A stretch of 64,000 nt of DNA from Desulfosudis oleivorans (GTDB lineage: Bacteria; Desulfobacterota; Desulfobacteria; Desulfobacterales; SURF-7). How positions within the stretch are numbered: position 1 is the first letter of the stretch; every line of letters begins with the position of its first letter. The position numbers were made by a program, and so were the translations under genes. The notes below the pieces were generated by a model. The model was not told the DNA's origin. It made no database searches and saw only the letters and a program-made list of their open reading frames with translations. Positions 37,707 to 47,137 of this stretch are shown piece by piece. The DNA lies in the NCBI GenBank assembly GCA_020723325.1, contig DYJD01000024.1, positions 12,906 through 76,905 on the forward strand. The letters run 5' to 3'.

Positions 37707-37737
37707 ATAGGTGATTCAAAAAATGAAATGAGACCGG

Positions 37738-38316
37738 ATGGAGGCGTCGATGATCGAGTCGAAATACCTGAAAGACAATATGCAGAATATTCAGAGACTG
37801 TTAGAGATTCCGGCACTGAAGCATTTCGAAATTAAAAATCTTGCCAAATTGTTGCGTTTGAGCAAAATCCGAGAGTACAACGACGGAGAGGTCATTATTC
37901 AAGAAGGGGACCGAGACCCCTGGCTGTATTTTCTCCTCAAAGGTAAAGTAGTCATTAAAAAAGAGGGGTTTGATATTGTCTCCATTGATAAAAAAGGAGA
38001 GATTTTCGGAGAGATGCGGGTCATCGACAGCCTCAGCCGCTCGGCCTCGGTATTATCGGAAGGCAAAACCGTATGCCTGGCTGTTGATACATCCGCCCAG
38101 GAAAAATTATCTTCCGACGAAAAAAAGTTGGATTTTTTGTTATTGCTGTACCGGATTTTTGCTGAATACATGTCCATCAGATTGCGTCTCACCAATGATG
38201 AACTGGTGGCGGCCAAACGGGATGCCAAAGAAGCGCGCAAAGAGCTTGAGCAATTCAAAAAAGAGCAACCAGACGCCGGCAAGACCAAGATACTTACCCG
38301 AACCATCATCAAGTAG
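37738..38316 (+). CDS. Cyclic-nucleotide-binding domain protein with a C-terminal coiled coil (no HTH)
   Basis: cNMP-binding beta-roll (...GDRDPWLYFLLKGKV...GEIFGEM...). Confidence 0.75.
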   Translation: MEASMIESKYLKDNMQNIQRLLEIPALKHFEIKNLAKLLRLSKIREYNDGEVIIQEGDRDPWLYFLLKGKVVIKKEGFDIVSIDKKGEIFGEMRVIDSLSRSASVLSEGKTVCLAVDTSAQEKLSSDEKKLDFLLLLYRIFAEYMSIRLRLTNDELVAAKRDAKEARKELEQFKKEQPDAGKTKILTRTIIK

Positions 38317-38345
38317 ATCAGCAGGGGGTCCATGACCTGCTGATC
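38316..38345 (+). other. 10-bp perfect stem-loop overlapping the stop codon (GATCAGCAGG / CCTGCTGATC)
   Basis: Read directly. No U-tract. Confidence 0.45.
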
Positions 38346-38392
38346 CACCTGAAGTGCCGTGGAATCCGATGGCTGTCATTCAACCATTGCCA

Positions 38393-39400
38393 ATGAAAAA
38401 AACTGTTTCCTTTGCCGCCGATTCCATCAATGTTTTTTTGCATATTTTAACCCGCTGCAATCTGAATTGCCGCCATTGCTATATCAATCCGGACCAACAT
38501 GGGAGCAACTCCCTCTCCCTATCCGCCATATGCGACTGGCTGCAGGTTTTTGCAGGAAGAACCAGTTCTGCCAATCTGATTTTGCTGGGCGGAGAACCCA
38601 CTTTGCATCCGGACCTGCCCCTTGCCGTTCGCAGGGCCCGGGCAATGGGCTACCAATCCATAACAGTAGACACCAATGGCTATCTGTTCCATGACTTCCT
38701 AACGCGAGTCACTCCCCAGGATTTGGATTATCTCAGTTTCAGCCTGGACGGCGCCGAACGTGAAACCAACGATAAAATTCGCGGCAAGGGCTCCTATGAT
38801 GCGTGCATATCCGGTATCCGGGCGGCCAAGGAACGAGATTTTCATACCAGCCTGATTTATACTGTGAGCAGCGCCAATATCCATGAGCTGCCCCGTATGG
38901 GCCGGCTCCTTGCGGACATGGGAATCGAGCGCTTTTTCATCCAGGTAATCGGCCTGCGCGGCGATTCGGTTCGCGCAGCGTCTGATACAAACGCACCCAT
39001 CCGACCGGTGGCACGGGAACAATGGCTGTCCGTCATTCCCCGGGTCGCCGAAGAGATCGCCAAATCCGGCATCGTAGTCACTTACCCCAAAGTCTATTTG
39101 GACCTTGCGGAACCCTTTGCTTGTGCAGGCAATGTTGCTGAGAATTATTTTATTTTTCCCAACGGCAGGGTGTATCGTTGTCCGCTTTGCGAAGATTTTC
39201 CCCTGCACAGCCTGGCGTTTGTGGAAAACAAACTGCAGGACATGCCCCCTATTAATGAAAAGTCACTTTTTCAACTGAACATCCCGGAAGGTTGTGTCAT
39301 GAATCGGCTGGTACAGCCCGGGAACCTGGAATATCGTGAAGATGGTTCGCCGGCCTATAAGATTGCCTGCTGTCTGCTGAAGGAAGAAATCCACCCATAG
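38393..39400 (+). CDS. Radical SAM protein with a Cys-rich (SPASM/twitch-like) C-terminal region
   Basis: CNLNCRHCY (CxxxCxxC). C-terminal CAGN...YRCPLCEDF...CVMN...CC. Confidence 0.8.
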   Translation: MKKTVSFAADSINVFLHILTRCNLNCRHCYINPDQHGSNSLSLSAICDWLQVFAGRTSSANLILLGGEPTLHPDLPLAVRRARAMGYQSITVDTNGYLFHDFLTRVTPQDLDYLSFSLDGAERETNDKIRGKGSYDACISGIRAAKERDFHTSLIYTVSSANIHELPRMGRLLADMGIERFFIQVIGLRGDSVRAASDTNAPIRPVAREQWLSVIPRVAEEIAKSGIVVTYPKVYLDLAEPFACAGNVAENYFIFPNGRVYRCPLCEDFPLHSLAFVENKLQDMPPINEKSLFQLNIPEGCVMNRLVQPGNLEYREDGSPAYKIACCLLKEEIHP

Positions 39401-39503
39401 CATTAAAATTCGAATATCGAGTTTGAGACTTTCCTTCCGGCTGGTTGACAGGCAGGGGCAGCTCTTCTATGATGGAGGCAAACAGATAGCCGCCGCATAA
39501 ATA

Positions 39504-39520
39504 CGGCATTTTTTTTGCAT
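39504..39520 (+). promoter_or_regulatory. Candidate sigma-54 (-24/-12) promoter upstream of prkA
   Basis: cGGCAT-ttttt-TTGCAt. GG (39505-06) to GC (39517-18) spacing matches TGGCAC-N5-TTGCW. Lies about 80 nt before the ATG. Confidence 0.5.
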
Positions 39521-39597
39521 CACTATTCTATTGAATTAATTTAAGCTCAAATCTTTATAAAAAAAATCATTTTACCGCGATCTCAAATGGAGGCGAC

Positions 39598-41658
39598 ATG
39601 ACGACCAAATCCAATTCGATGCTTCAGCAACACCTGGCGGCTGTCAAGGATAAAAAGCGCAGCTTTGAAAATGCCTTCCAGGGCATCACCCGCATGATTT
39701 TGGGAGACAAGATCGAAAAAGTCGTTGTCAACGGCAAAACGACTTATGATTTTGCCCTGTTTCGCAGGGGCAAAAAGCATATCATCGGCATGTACGATGA
39801 GCTGAACAGCTTTGTTTCCTATGTCAAGGATGCGGCTGAAGGCGGGTCGTCCAAGGAAATGGCCTATGTATTGGTGGGCGAGCCGGGTAACGGCAAGACT
39901 TTTTTTGTGGATTATTTGTGTGCCAAATACCGGGAATTTCTTTCTCAGGAGGCCAATCGCAAATACTCCTTCCGTTTTAAAAACCTCGACAAGTTTGGGC
40001 ATTACGGTAAAATCACCCTTATCGAATCCCAAACCTATGAAGATCCCATGATTCTGGCCATGAATTTATTCGATCTGCCTGAGGAGAACCGGCGCTATCT
40101 GGAGGAAACAATCGGTTTCGGTGAAGCCGAGGTGGAAAAGCTTTTTGACAATTATCGGCCTTTGGGGGCCTGCAGCGGCTATATTTGGAACGACATCCGT
40201 CAATTGTGCGACGGCAAACTGGACAAAATGCTGGAATTCGTCGAGATCATCCCCGTGCCCTTGACGGAAAGCCTGGGCACGGTCACCGGCAAATATCCGG
40301 CCAAGGACAAAATCACTTCATCGGCCGTGGACCTGTTGGGCGAGGAATCCATCCAGCGCCTGCTGCATATCACAGATACCAACAATCCCTATCGCTTTGA
40401 TTTGCGGCGCGGGGCCCTGGCCCGGGTGGCCGGCGGCGGCATCCATTTCAGCGACGAAATTTACAAAAACAAGAAGGATCTGGTCCAGGTCTATCTGGGG
40501 GTGATCCAGAACCGCAATATTGAAATCGACGGTTACAAATGGCCCATCGACACCCTGATTGTGGCCACCAGCAACAATTCCGAATTCAATTTGTTTCTGG
40601 CGGAGAAGGAGGAGGCCCCCATCGTGGACCGCTGCCGGATCTGCTATGTTTCCCACAACACCAATTACCGCCTGCAGAGCGAGCTCACCGCCTATGCCAT
40701 CGGCAATGAAACCAAGACCACTTTGAACATGGAAAGTCTCCATCAGGACCCCAATCTGAACTATGCCTCTTCCATTGCCGTGGTGCTCACGCGCTTGCCG
40801 CGCTCGGAAAAACTCACCGCCATTGAAACCATGAAACTGGCTGCCGGCGATGTGGCCGGTGAAAAAAGCATCAAGACCCTGGCCGAGGTCATCGACACCC
40901 TGAACCAGGACCCGGACATCACCCGGCGCTTTGGCCAGAAAGGCCTGGGCCAGCGCAATTTGGGCCGGGCCATTCAACTGATGATCGAAAGCTCGGAAAC
41001 CAATGAAGGTCGCTGTATGTTTGCCTTTGATGTCTACAAGGCCATGGAACGGGTGATCCTGGACTATGTCGTCGACGCCAATGACCGGGTCAAATACTTG
41101 GAGGATTTAAAAACCGCCAAAGGACTGTACCGCGAGCGCATCATGACGGAGATGTTCAATGCCTATATGGACGAGCCCTATGCCATTCGCAAGGACGTCA
41201 TGAACTATGTCAACATGATCATCGGTATTGACGCGGAAAACCTGGGTCCGGATAAAATGTGGAAATTCAAAGATCCCCAGACCGGTGAGTTGAAAGCCCT
41301 GAAAATCGACGAGCGCTATATCAACAGTGTGGAAGAACGTCTGGGGCTGAAAACCGATGAACAGCGGGAAACCTTCCGTACCTCCATCCGCAAGATCTAC
41401 GGCCAGAAGATCTCTGTTGAGCCCAATTATGACTTTATGGACAACCTGGAGCTGGTCAAGGCCGTAACCGACGTGCGCTTGAAGTCGGATATTGCCGGCG
41501 CCGGCAGCCTCATCGGCGCCCTGGCCAACCGCACCAATGAGGAAAACCAGAAACTCTATGACCGGATGATCGACACCATGCTGTCCAAACTGCACTATTG
41601 CAATACCTGCGCCCAAAAAACCATTGAATATTTCTGCAGCCAGGACGATGAAATGTAA
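39598..41658 (+). CDS. prkA: PrkA-family AAA+/serine protein kinase
   Basis: P-loop VGEPGNGKT, ATSNNSEF and IVDRCRICYVSH, in the order seen in YeaG/PrkA. Confidence 0.88.
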   Translation: MTTKSNSMLQQHLAAVKDKKRSFENAFQGITRMILGDKIEKVVVNGKTTYDFALFRRGKKHIIGMYDELNSFVSYVKDAAEGGSSKEMAYVLVGEPGNGKTFFVDYLCAKYREFLSQEANRKYSFRFKNLDKFGHYGKITLIESQTYEDPMILAMNLFDLPEENRRYLEETIGFGEAEVEKLFDNYRPLGACSGYIWNDIRQLCDGKLDKMLEFVEIIPVPLTESLGTVTGKYPAKDKITSSAVDLLGEESIQRLLHITDTNNPYRFDLRRGALARVAGGGIHFSDEIYKNKKDLVQVYLGVIQNRNIEIDGYKWPIDTLIVATSNNSEFNLFLAEKEEAPIVDRCRICYVSHNTNYRLQSELTAYAIGNETKTTLNMESLHQDPNLNYASSIAVVLTRLPRSEKLTAIETMKLAAGDVAGEKSIKTLAEVIDTLNQDPDITRRFGQKGLGQRNLGRAIQLMIESSETNEGRCMFAFDVYKAMERVILDYVVDANDRVKYLEDLKTAKGLYRERIMTEMFNAYMDEPYAIRKDVMNYVNMIIGIDAENLGPDKMWKFKDPQTGELKALKIDERYINSVEERLGLKTDEQRETFRTSIRKIYGQKISVEPNYDFMDNLELVKAVTDVRLKSDIAGAGSLIGALANRTNEENQKLYDRMIDTMLSKLHYCNTCAQKTIEYFCSQDDEM

Positions 41659-41672
41659 GGAAATTGTTTCCT

Positions 41673-43061
41673 ATGAAACTTGAAGACTATTATCATGAAA
41701 TCAAGGCCCGCGGCCTTTCTGCGGAACGGGATAAGATGATGCGGGAAGAAATACTTTCCGCCGGGACCCGGGAGACGGAGTTGCCGCAGCTTGCTTCCAG
41801 GCCGGGCCCGGGCAAGGGAGCAGCCTCCGGGCCGTCCGGTCTGTATGATCTGAATGACCAGATGATCCTTCAGGGGCAGGCCCCGCCCTTGGCCACTTAT
41901 ACGGTTGGGCTGAAATCCATTGACGAGCTCCTGAGCCGGGACAAACAGCGCGAGGCCGACGGTTTTCCCCGTAAAATCCGGGTAGGCCGCCTGCTCAAGC
42001 CGGGCAAGGGCAAGCAGGGCAATGTGGTGGTGGTGCCCACAACGGTGGAAGAAAAATTCATTCATGACCCCAACGCCACCGAGGATCAGGAAGATTCGGT
42101 GGGCGGTTCCGGCGCCGGCGAGGAAGGCGAAGTCATCGGCGAACAACCCATCCACGGGCCGGACATGCCGGGTACGGAAGGCCCCGGGGAAGGGGAAGGC
42201 GCGGCCCATGAACTGGAGTCCAGTGCCTATGACCTGGGAAAAATTCTGACGGAAAAATTCGAGCTGCCCAACCTCAAGGACAAGGGCACTAAACGCTCGG
42301 TGGTCCGTTACACCTATGACATGACCGACAAGAACCGCGGTTTCGGCCAGATCCTGGACAAAAAGGCCACCCTGCGCAAGATCCTGGAAACCAACATGAC
42401 CCTGGGAAATGTGCCGGATGTGGGCAATATCGACCCCACCCGTTTCCTGATTTCACCGCATGACAAGATCTACCGCATCCTTTCCCGGGAAAAGGATTAT
42501 GAATCCCAGGCCGTGGTGTTCTTTCTGCGGGATTATTCCGGTTCCATGGCCGGCAAGCCCACCACCCTGGTGGTTTCCCAGCACATCCTGATTTACAGTT
42601 GGCTGCTGTTCCAATACGCCATGCGGGTGGAATCGCGTTTCATCCTGCACGACACCGAAGCCAAGGAAGTGCCCGACTTCTACACCTATTACAATTCCAA
42701 GGTGGCGGGCGGGACAAAAGTGGCCTCGGCCTTTCACCTGGTGAATGCCATCGTGGAAAAGGAGAACCTTGCCAAGGATTACAACATTTATATCTTCCAC
42801 GGCACCGACGGCGATGACTGGGATACGGACGGCAAGGAAACCGTGCCGGAAATCAAAAAAGCCATCACCTATGCCAACCGCATCGGCATCTCCATTGCCC
42901 GCCATGCCTACGGCGCCAAATCCGACAGCGAAGTGGAAAAATATTTGAAACGCTCGGGGTTGCTGAGCGAAAAACCCAAACTCATCCGCATGGACGCCAT
43001 ACCGGAGGATGCCGACGAACCGCGACTGATCGACGGGATCAAGCATCTCATTTCAGAATAA
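41673..43061 (+). CDS. YeaH/YhbH-like DUF444 protein (vWA-like)
   Basis: Gly/Glu-rich acidic region, then FFLRDYSGSMAG (MIDAS-like). Canonical position after prkA. Confidence 0.85.
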   Translation: MKLEDYYHEIKARGLSAERDKMMREEILSAGTRETELPQLASRPGPGKGAASGPSGLYDLNDQMILQGQAPPLATYTVGLKSIDELLSRDKQREADGFPRKIRVGRLLKPGKGKQGNVVVVPTTVEEKFIHDPNATEDQEDSVGGSGAGEEGEVIGEQPIHGPDMPGTEGPGEGEGAAHELESSAYDLGKILTEKFELPNLKDKGTKRSVVRYTYDMTDKNRGFGQILDKKATLRKILETNMTLGNVPDVGNIDPTRFLISPHDKIYRILSREKDYESQAVVFFLRDYSGSMAGKPTTLVVSQHILIYSWLLFQYAMRVESRFILHDTEAKEVPDFYTYYNSKVAGGTKVASAFHLVNAIVEKENLAKDYNIYIFHGTDGDDWDTDGKETVPEIKKAITYANRIGISIARHAYGAKSDSEVEKYLKRSGLLSEKPKLIRMDAIPEDADEPRLIDGIKHLISE

Positions 43062-43084
43062 GATAAAGCTTGGAAGGAAACAGC

Positions 43085-44752
43085 ATGGAGCTGATCGACC
43101 AACATACCAAGAAGATCATGGAAGGCTGCAAGGAAAGGGCCAGGGATGCCGGGCTGCGCTTTGAGAATGAGACCCTGGAATACATCGTCACCAACCGCGA
43201 CCTGCTGGAGCTCTCCCCCAAACTCATGATCCCCACCCTGTATGATTATTGGGTGCATGATGTGGAAGTGATCAAGGAAAAACGGCGCTATGAATTGTAC
43301 CCCAGCAATCCCTATGAAACCGTGATCAACACCCGTCCGGTGATTTCTTTCTACAATGACAACAATCCGGACTGGCTCAATGTCATGATATTCTACCATG
43401 TCATCGGCCACATCGACTTTTTTCAAAACAATCTTTACTTCCGCCACACCTGGGATTTTGATTTCACCGGCCAGGCCCTGTCCGACAAACGCCTGATCGC
43501 CCGCCTGCGCTCGGAAAAAGGGCGCTGGGTGGACTATCTCATTGAATTCGCACGGGGCATCGACAACATCGTCGGTTATCATCAGGAACTGTCGCGTCTG
43601 GATCGGCCGGCCCCCACCGAAGCCTCCCGGCGCCTGGATTATTATTTTGATGTGTTTCTGCAAACAGAAAAGAAAGCCAAAGTCCATGAGTACATCAAGG
43701 AGATCGAACGCTACAATGAATTCATGCGCACCCTGGGGGCCCTGGGCGCCAAGGCTTTTTTTGCCGCGGTGATCGCCAAATATCCGGAGTTTGAGGCCCT
43801 GTACGAAAAATCCCAGGAAAAGAAGCCGCCCAAGCCCTTTGACCTGCTCCAATTTTTCATGGATCATTCGCCCTTGCTGAACAAGGATGAAAATTTGTGG
43901 ATGAAGTCCATCCTGCAGGTGGTGCGCAAGACCTCGCTCTTTTTCCAGCCCCAGATCCGCACCAAAATCATGAACGAGGGCTGGGCCAGCTATTGGCACG
44001 AGAAGTTGTTTTTGCAGGACGACCGCATTAAAGGTCACGAAGTCGATTTTGCCCGGGTGAATGCCGGCGTCACCGCCATGCCCCGGGTGGGGCTCAATCC
44101 CTATGCCCTGGGCATGCGCCTCTTTTACTTTTTGGAGGAAATCGGCGATAAGGGTAAATATGATCCGGCCTTCCGGCGCTTGAGCAATATCAAGGAACGG
44201 GAGGATTTCGACCACAAGACCGGCAAGGGGCAGGACTTTATTTTCAATATCCGCAAGACCCTTTGCGACTATCTCTTCATCAACAATTTCATCGACCAGG
44301 ATTTTGTCACCCGCAACAAATTGTTTGTGGCCGGGCGGCGCTTGAACCAAAGCCGGGGAGTGATCGAATACTTTGTCAAGAGCCGCAAGGCCGAGGATTA
44401 TCGGGCCATGCTGAACGCGGCCTTGTACCATCCGCCGCACATCACCATCGATGCGGAGAAAAGCGGCAACGGCAGTCTATACCTTGTTCATCGGTTTGAA
44501 GGCAAAGGCCTGGTGAAGGACTATATTGCCAATACCATGCTGGGCATTGAATATTTATGGGGCGCGCCGGTGCATCTGGAAACCAGCGATCTGGGCGAGG
44601 CCCCCAGTGCCGGCGACCAGCCGATTTATCCTTTTGGACCGCCGGTAACCCAAGGCGGCGAAAAACAAAAAATCAAAAGATGGCAACGCACCCTGTATAC
44701 CATGGAAAAACGCAAACTGACCAAAAAAGTCATTTCCTACCACAGTGCATGA
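43085..44752 (+). CDS. spoVR: SpoVR/YcgB family protein
   Basis: IMNEGWASYWH motif. ATG follows GGAAGGAAA. Confidence 0.88.
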   Translation: MELIDQHTKKIMEGCKERARDAGLRFENETLEYIVTNRDLLELSPKLMIPTLYDYWVHDVEVIKEKRRYELYPSNPYETVINTRPVISFYNDNNPDWLNVMIFYHVIGHIDFFQNNLYFRHTWDFDFTGQALSDKRLIARLRSEKGRWVDYLIEFARGIDNIVGYHQELSRLDRPAPTEASRRLDYYFDVFLQTEKKAKVHEYIKEIERYNEFMRTLGALGAKAFFAAVIAKYPEFEALYEKSQEKKPPKPFDLLQFFMDHSPLLNKDENLWMKSILQVVRKTSLFFQPQIRTKIMNEGWASYWHEKLFLQDDRIKGHEVDFARVNAGVTAMPRVGLNPYALGMRLFYFLEEIGDKGKYDPAFRRLSNIKEREDFDHKTGKGQDFIFNIRKTLCDYLFINNFIDQDFVTRNKLFVAGRRLNQSRGVIEYFVKSRKAEDYRAMLNAALYHPPHITIDAEKSGNGSLYLVHRFEGKGLVKDYIANTMLGIEYLWGAPVHLETSDLGEAPSAGDQPIYPFGPPVTQGGEKQKIKRWQRTLYTMEKRKLTKKVISYHSA

Positions 44753-44777
44753 CAAGCCTTTCCAGGCGCGAGGAGCC

Positions 44778-47087
44778 ATGATCGAGCAGCAGAATCAAAA
44801 AAATATCAAAAAGGCGATCCAGAATCTGAACAGCAGCATGAGCGAGCGCGAACAACGCGCCCCCATCACTTTTGAGGACTTCTTGAAAATCGTGGTGGCC
44901 CAACCCGCCGCGGTCATGCGCAATATTTTTCAGGTGTTCCATGACATGCTGAAACACTATATCGGCCCTGGCATCGATGAATACCCGGATGATCCGGAAT
45001 CCATCAACTATGTATATTACGATTGCAACCCCCTTTTCGTGGAAGGCGCCGACCGGCCGTTTTTTGCCGACCGACTGTTCGCCAACCGCCTCGTGAATCT
45101 GGCGGAATCCTTTAAACGCGGGGCACAGCAGAACAAAATTCATATTTTTGAAGGCCCACCGGGCTGCGGCAAGAGTACTTTTCTGAACAATCTCTTGAAA
45201 AAATTTGAGGAATACACCCATTCCGAAAGCGGCACGCGCTATGAAATCGTCTGGCGCATTGATCACAATCTTATGGGCGGTTTTTTGGAGCAGGAGGTCA
45301 ATCCGGGCATAGAAAGGCTGCTCCAACTCCTGGACAATTCCGGCAAAACGGCCAAGGAAATGCTGGCCCCCCCCCAGAATGAACCCAATACCGGTGATTA
45401 TCTAGAAATCTCCTGTCCCAGCCATGACAATCCCATTCTGATGATCCCCAAGCATTTCCGCCGGGCCTTCTTTGACGATCTTTTCCGCAATGACGAATTC
45501 AAATGGAAATTGAATACGGAAAAGGAATACGGTTGGATTTTCCGGGATATGCCCTGTACCATCTGCAGTTCCCTTTACGGCGCGCTGTTGGGCAGGCTCA
45601 ATGATCCGATTCAGGTTTTCAGGCAGATTTATGCACAACCGTACCAGTTCAACCGGCGCCTGGGCAAGGGCATCAGCGTTTTCAACCCAGGGGACAAGCC
45701 CATGCGCGAGACCATCCTGACCAATCCCATCCTGCAGCGCCGCATCAATTCCCTGCTGCGGGACAGCAATCAGGTTTCCTATCTGTTTTCACGCCACGCC
45801 AAAACCAACAACGGCATCTACGCCCTCATGGACATCAAATCCCACAACACGGAGCGACTTATCGAGCTGCACAACATCATCAGCGAGGGCGTGCATAAGG
45901 TGGAAGACATTGAAGAAAACGTCAACTCCCTTTTCCTGGCGGTCATGAATCCGGAAGACAAGCCCAATATCCAGGGATTTCAATCTTTCCTGGATCGCAT
46001 TGAATACATCACCATCCCCTATGTCATGGATCTGGACACCGAGGTGCAGATCTATCGCAATACCTTCGGTAGTCATGTCGACGCCAATTTTCTGCCCCGG
46101 GTTTTGGAAAACTTCGCCCGCACCATCATTTCCTCACGCTTGAACAGCAAGTCCGAGGCTTTGCTGGAATGGATCGGCAATCCGGACAAATACAAGCTGT
46201 ATTGCGACAAGAACCTCCTGCTGTTGAAAATGGAGATTTACAGCGGCCGCATCCCGCCCTGGTTGAGCGAGGAAGACCGCAAAAAATTCACGGCCAAAAG
46301 AAGACGCAGCATCATCGATGAATCAGAAAAAGAAGGCGCCAGCGGCATCTCCGGCCGGGATGCCATCAAGATTTTCAATGAGTTTTACTCCACCTATGAG
46401 AACGAAGAGAAACTGATCAACATGTCCATGCTGTGCCAGTATTTTCATAAACTGCGCAAGACCACGGAGCCTTCCATCCCGGAAGGTTTTCTGGAATCCC
46501 TGCTGCAGATGTATGACTATACCATTTTGCAGGAAGTCAAGGAGGCGCTATATTTTTACAATGAGGAGCAGATCTCCAAAAATCTGCAGAATTATATTTT
46601 TGCCGTGAATTTCGAACCCGGCGCGGTGGAGACCAGCAATTACACCAAAGACCGCATTGAAATCACGGAAGAGTGGTTCGAAGGCATCGAAGCCCGCCTG
46701 CTGGGCGCCGGCCATGACCGCGACAAGCGCGTGCGCTTTCGCAAGGATATTCAAAAAACCTACACTTCACGCACCTTGACCCAGGAAATGATGCTGGAAG
46801 GCAAGAAGCTGGTGGAAACCGCCCTTTATCAGGACCTGCGCGAGCGTTACATCTACAATCTGAAGGAAAAAGTGCTGGATCCCTTCCTGAAGAACGAAAA
46901 TTTCCGCCGGGCCATCAAAGACTATGATAAGGAAGACTTCAAAACCTATGACCATAAAATCCAGGAAGACGTGACTTTTCTCATGAACAATCTATATACC
47001 CGCTACAACTATTCCCGGAAAGGAGCGCAGGAAGTCTGTATTTACGTGATCGACAATGATCTGGCCAAGAAATTCGCCGGCAATTAA
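44778..47087 (+). CDS. Second, divergent PrkA-like P-loop protein
   Basis: P-loop FEGPPGCGKST. ...FLDRIEYITIPYVMD parallels the PrkA/YeaG FLDR-x-Y-(I/V)-x-(V/I)-PY segment. ATG follows GAGGAG. Confidence 0.65.
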   Translation: MIEQQNQKNIKKAIQNLNSSMSEREQRAPITFEDFLKIVVAQPAAVMRNIFQVFHDMLKHYIGPGIDEYPDDPESINYVYYDCNPLFVEGADRPFFADRLFANRLVNLAESFKRGAQQNKIHIFEGPPGCGKSTFLNNLLKKFEEYTHSESGTRYEIVWRIDHNLMGGFLEQEVNPGIERLLQLLDNSGKTAKEMLAPPQNEPNTGDYLEISCPSHDNPILMIPKHFRRAFFDDLFRNDEFKWKLNTEKEYGWIFRDMPCTICSSLYGALLGRLNDPIQVFRQIYAQPYQFNRRLGKGISVFNPGDKPMRETILTNPILQRRINSLLRDSNQVSYLFSRHAKTNNGIYALMDIKSHNTERLIELHNIISEGVHKVEDIEENVNSLFLAVMNPEDKPNIQGFQSFLDRIEYITIPYVMDLDTEVQIYRNTFGSHVDANFLPRVLENFARTIISSRLNSKSEALLEWIGNPDKYKLYCDKNLLLLKMEIYSGRIPPWLSEEDRKKFTAKRRRSIIDESEKEGASGISGRDAIKIFNEFYSTYENEEKLINMSMLCQYFHKLRKTTEPSIPEGFLESLLQMYDYTILQEVKEALYFYNEEQISKNLQNYIFAVNFEPGAVETSNYTKDRIEITEEWFEGIEARLLGAGHDRDKRVRFRKDIQKTYTSRTLTQEMMLEGKKLVETALYQDLRERYIYNLKEKVLDPFLKNENFRRAIKDYDKEDFKTYDHKIQEDVTFLMNNLYTRYNYSRKGAQEVCIYVIDNDLAKKFAGN

Positions 47088-47137
47088 TGGGTCGATAGAC
47101 CTGCAACCTCAAACCCTAAAGAGGCTGAACTAGAAAC

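Noticed and set aside
42908-44440. 510-aa minus-strand ORF.
   Set aside because: It is antisense to spoVR and the end of the DUF444 gene, and has shadow-frame composition.
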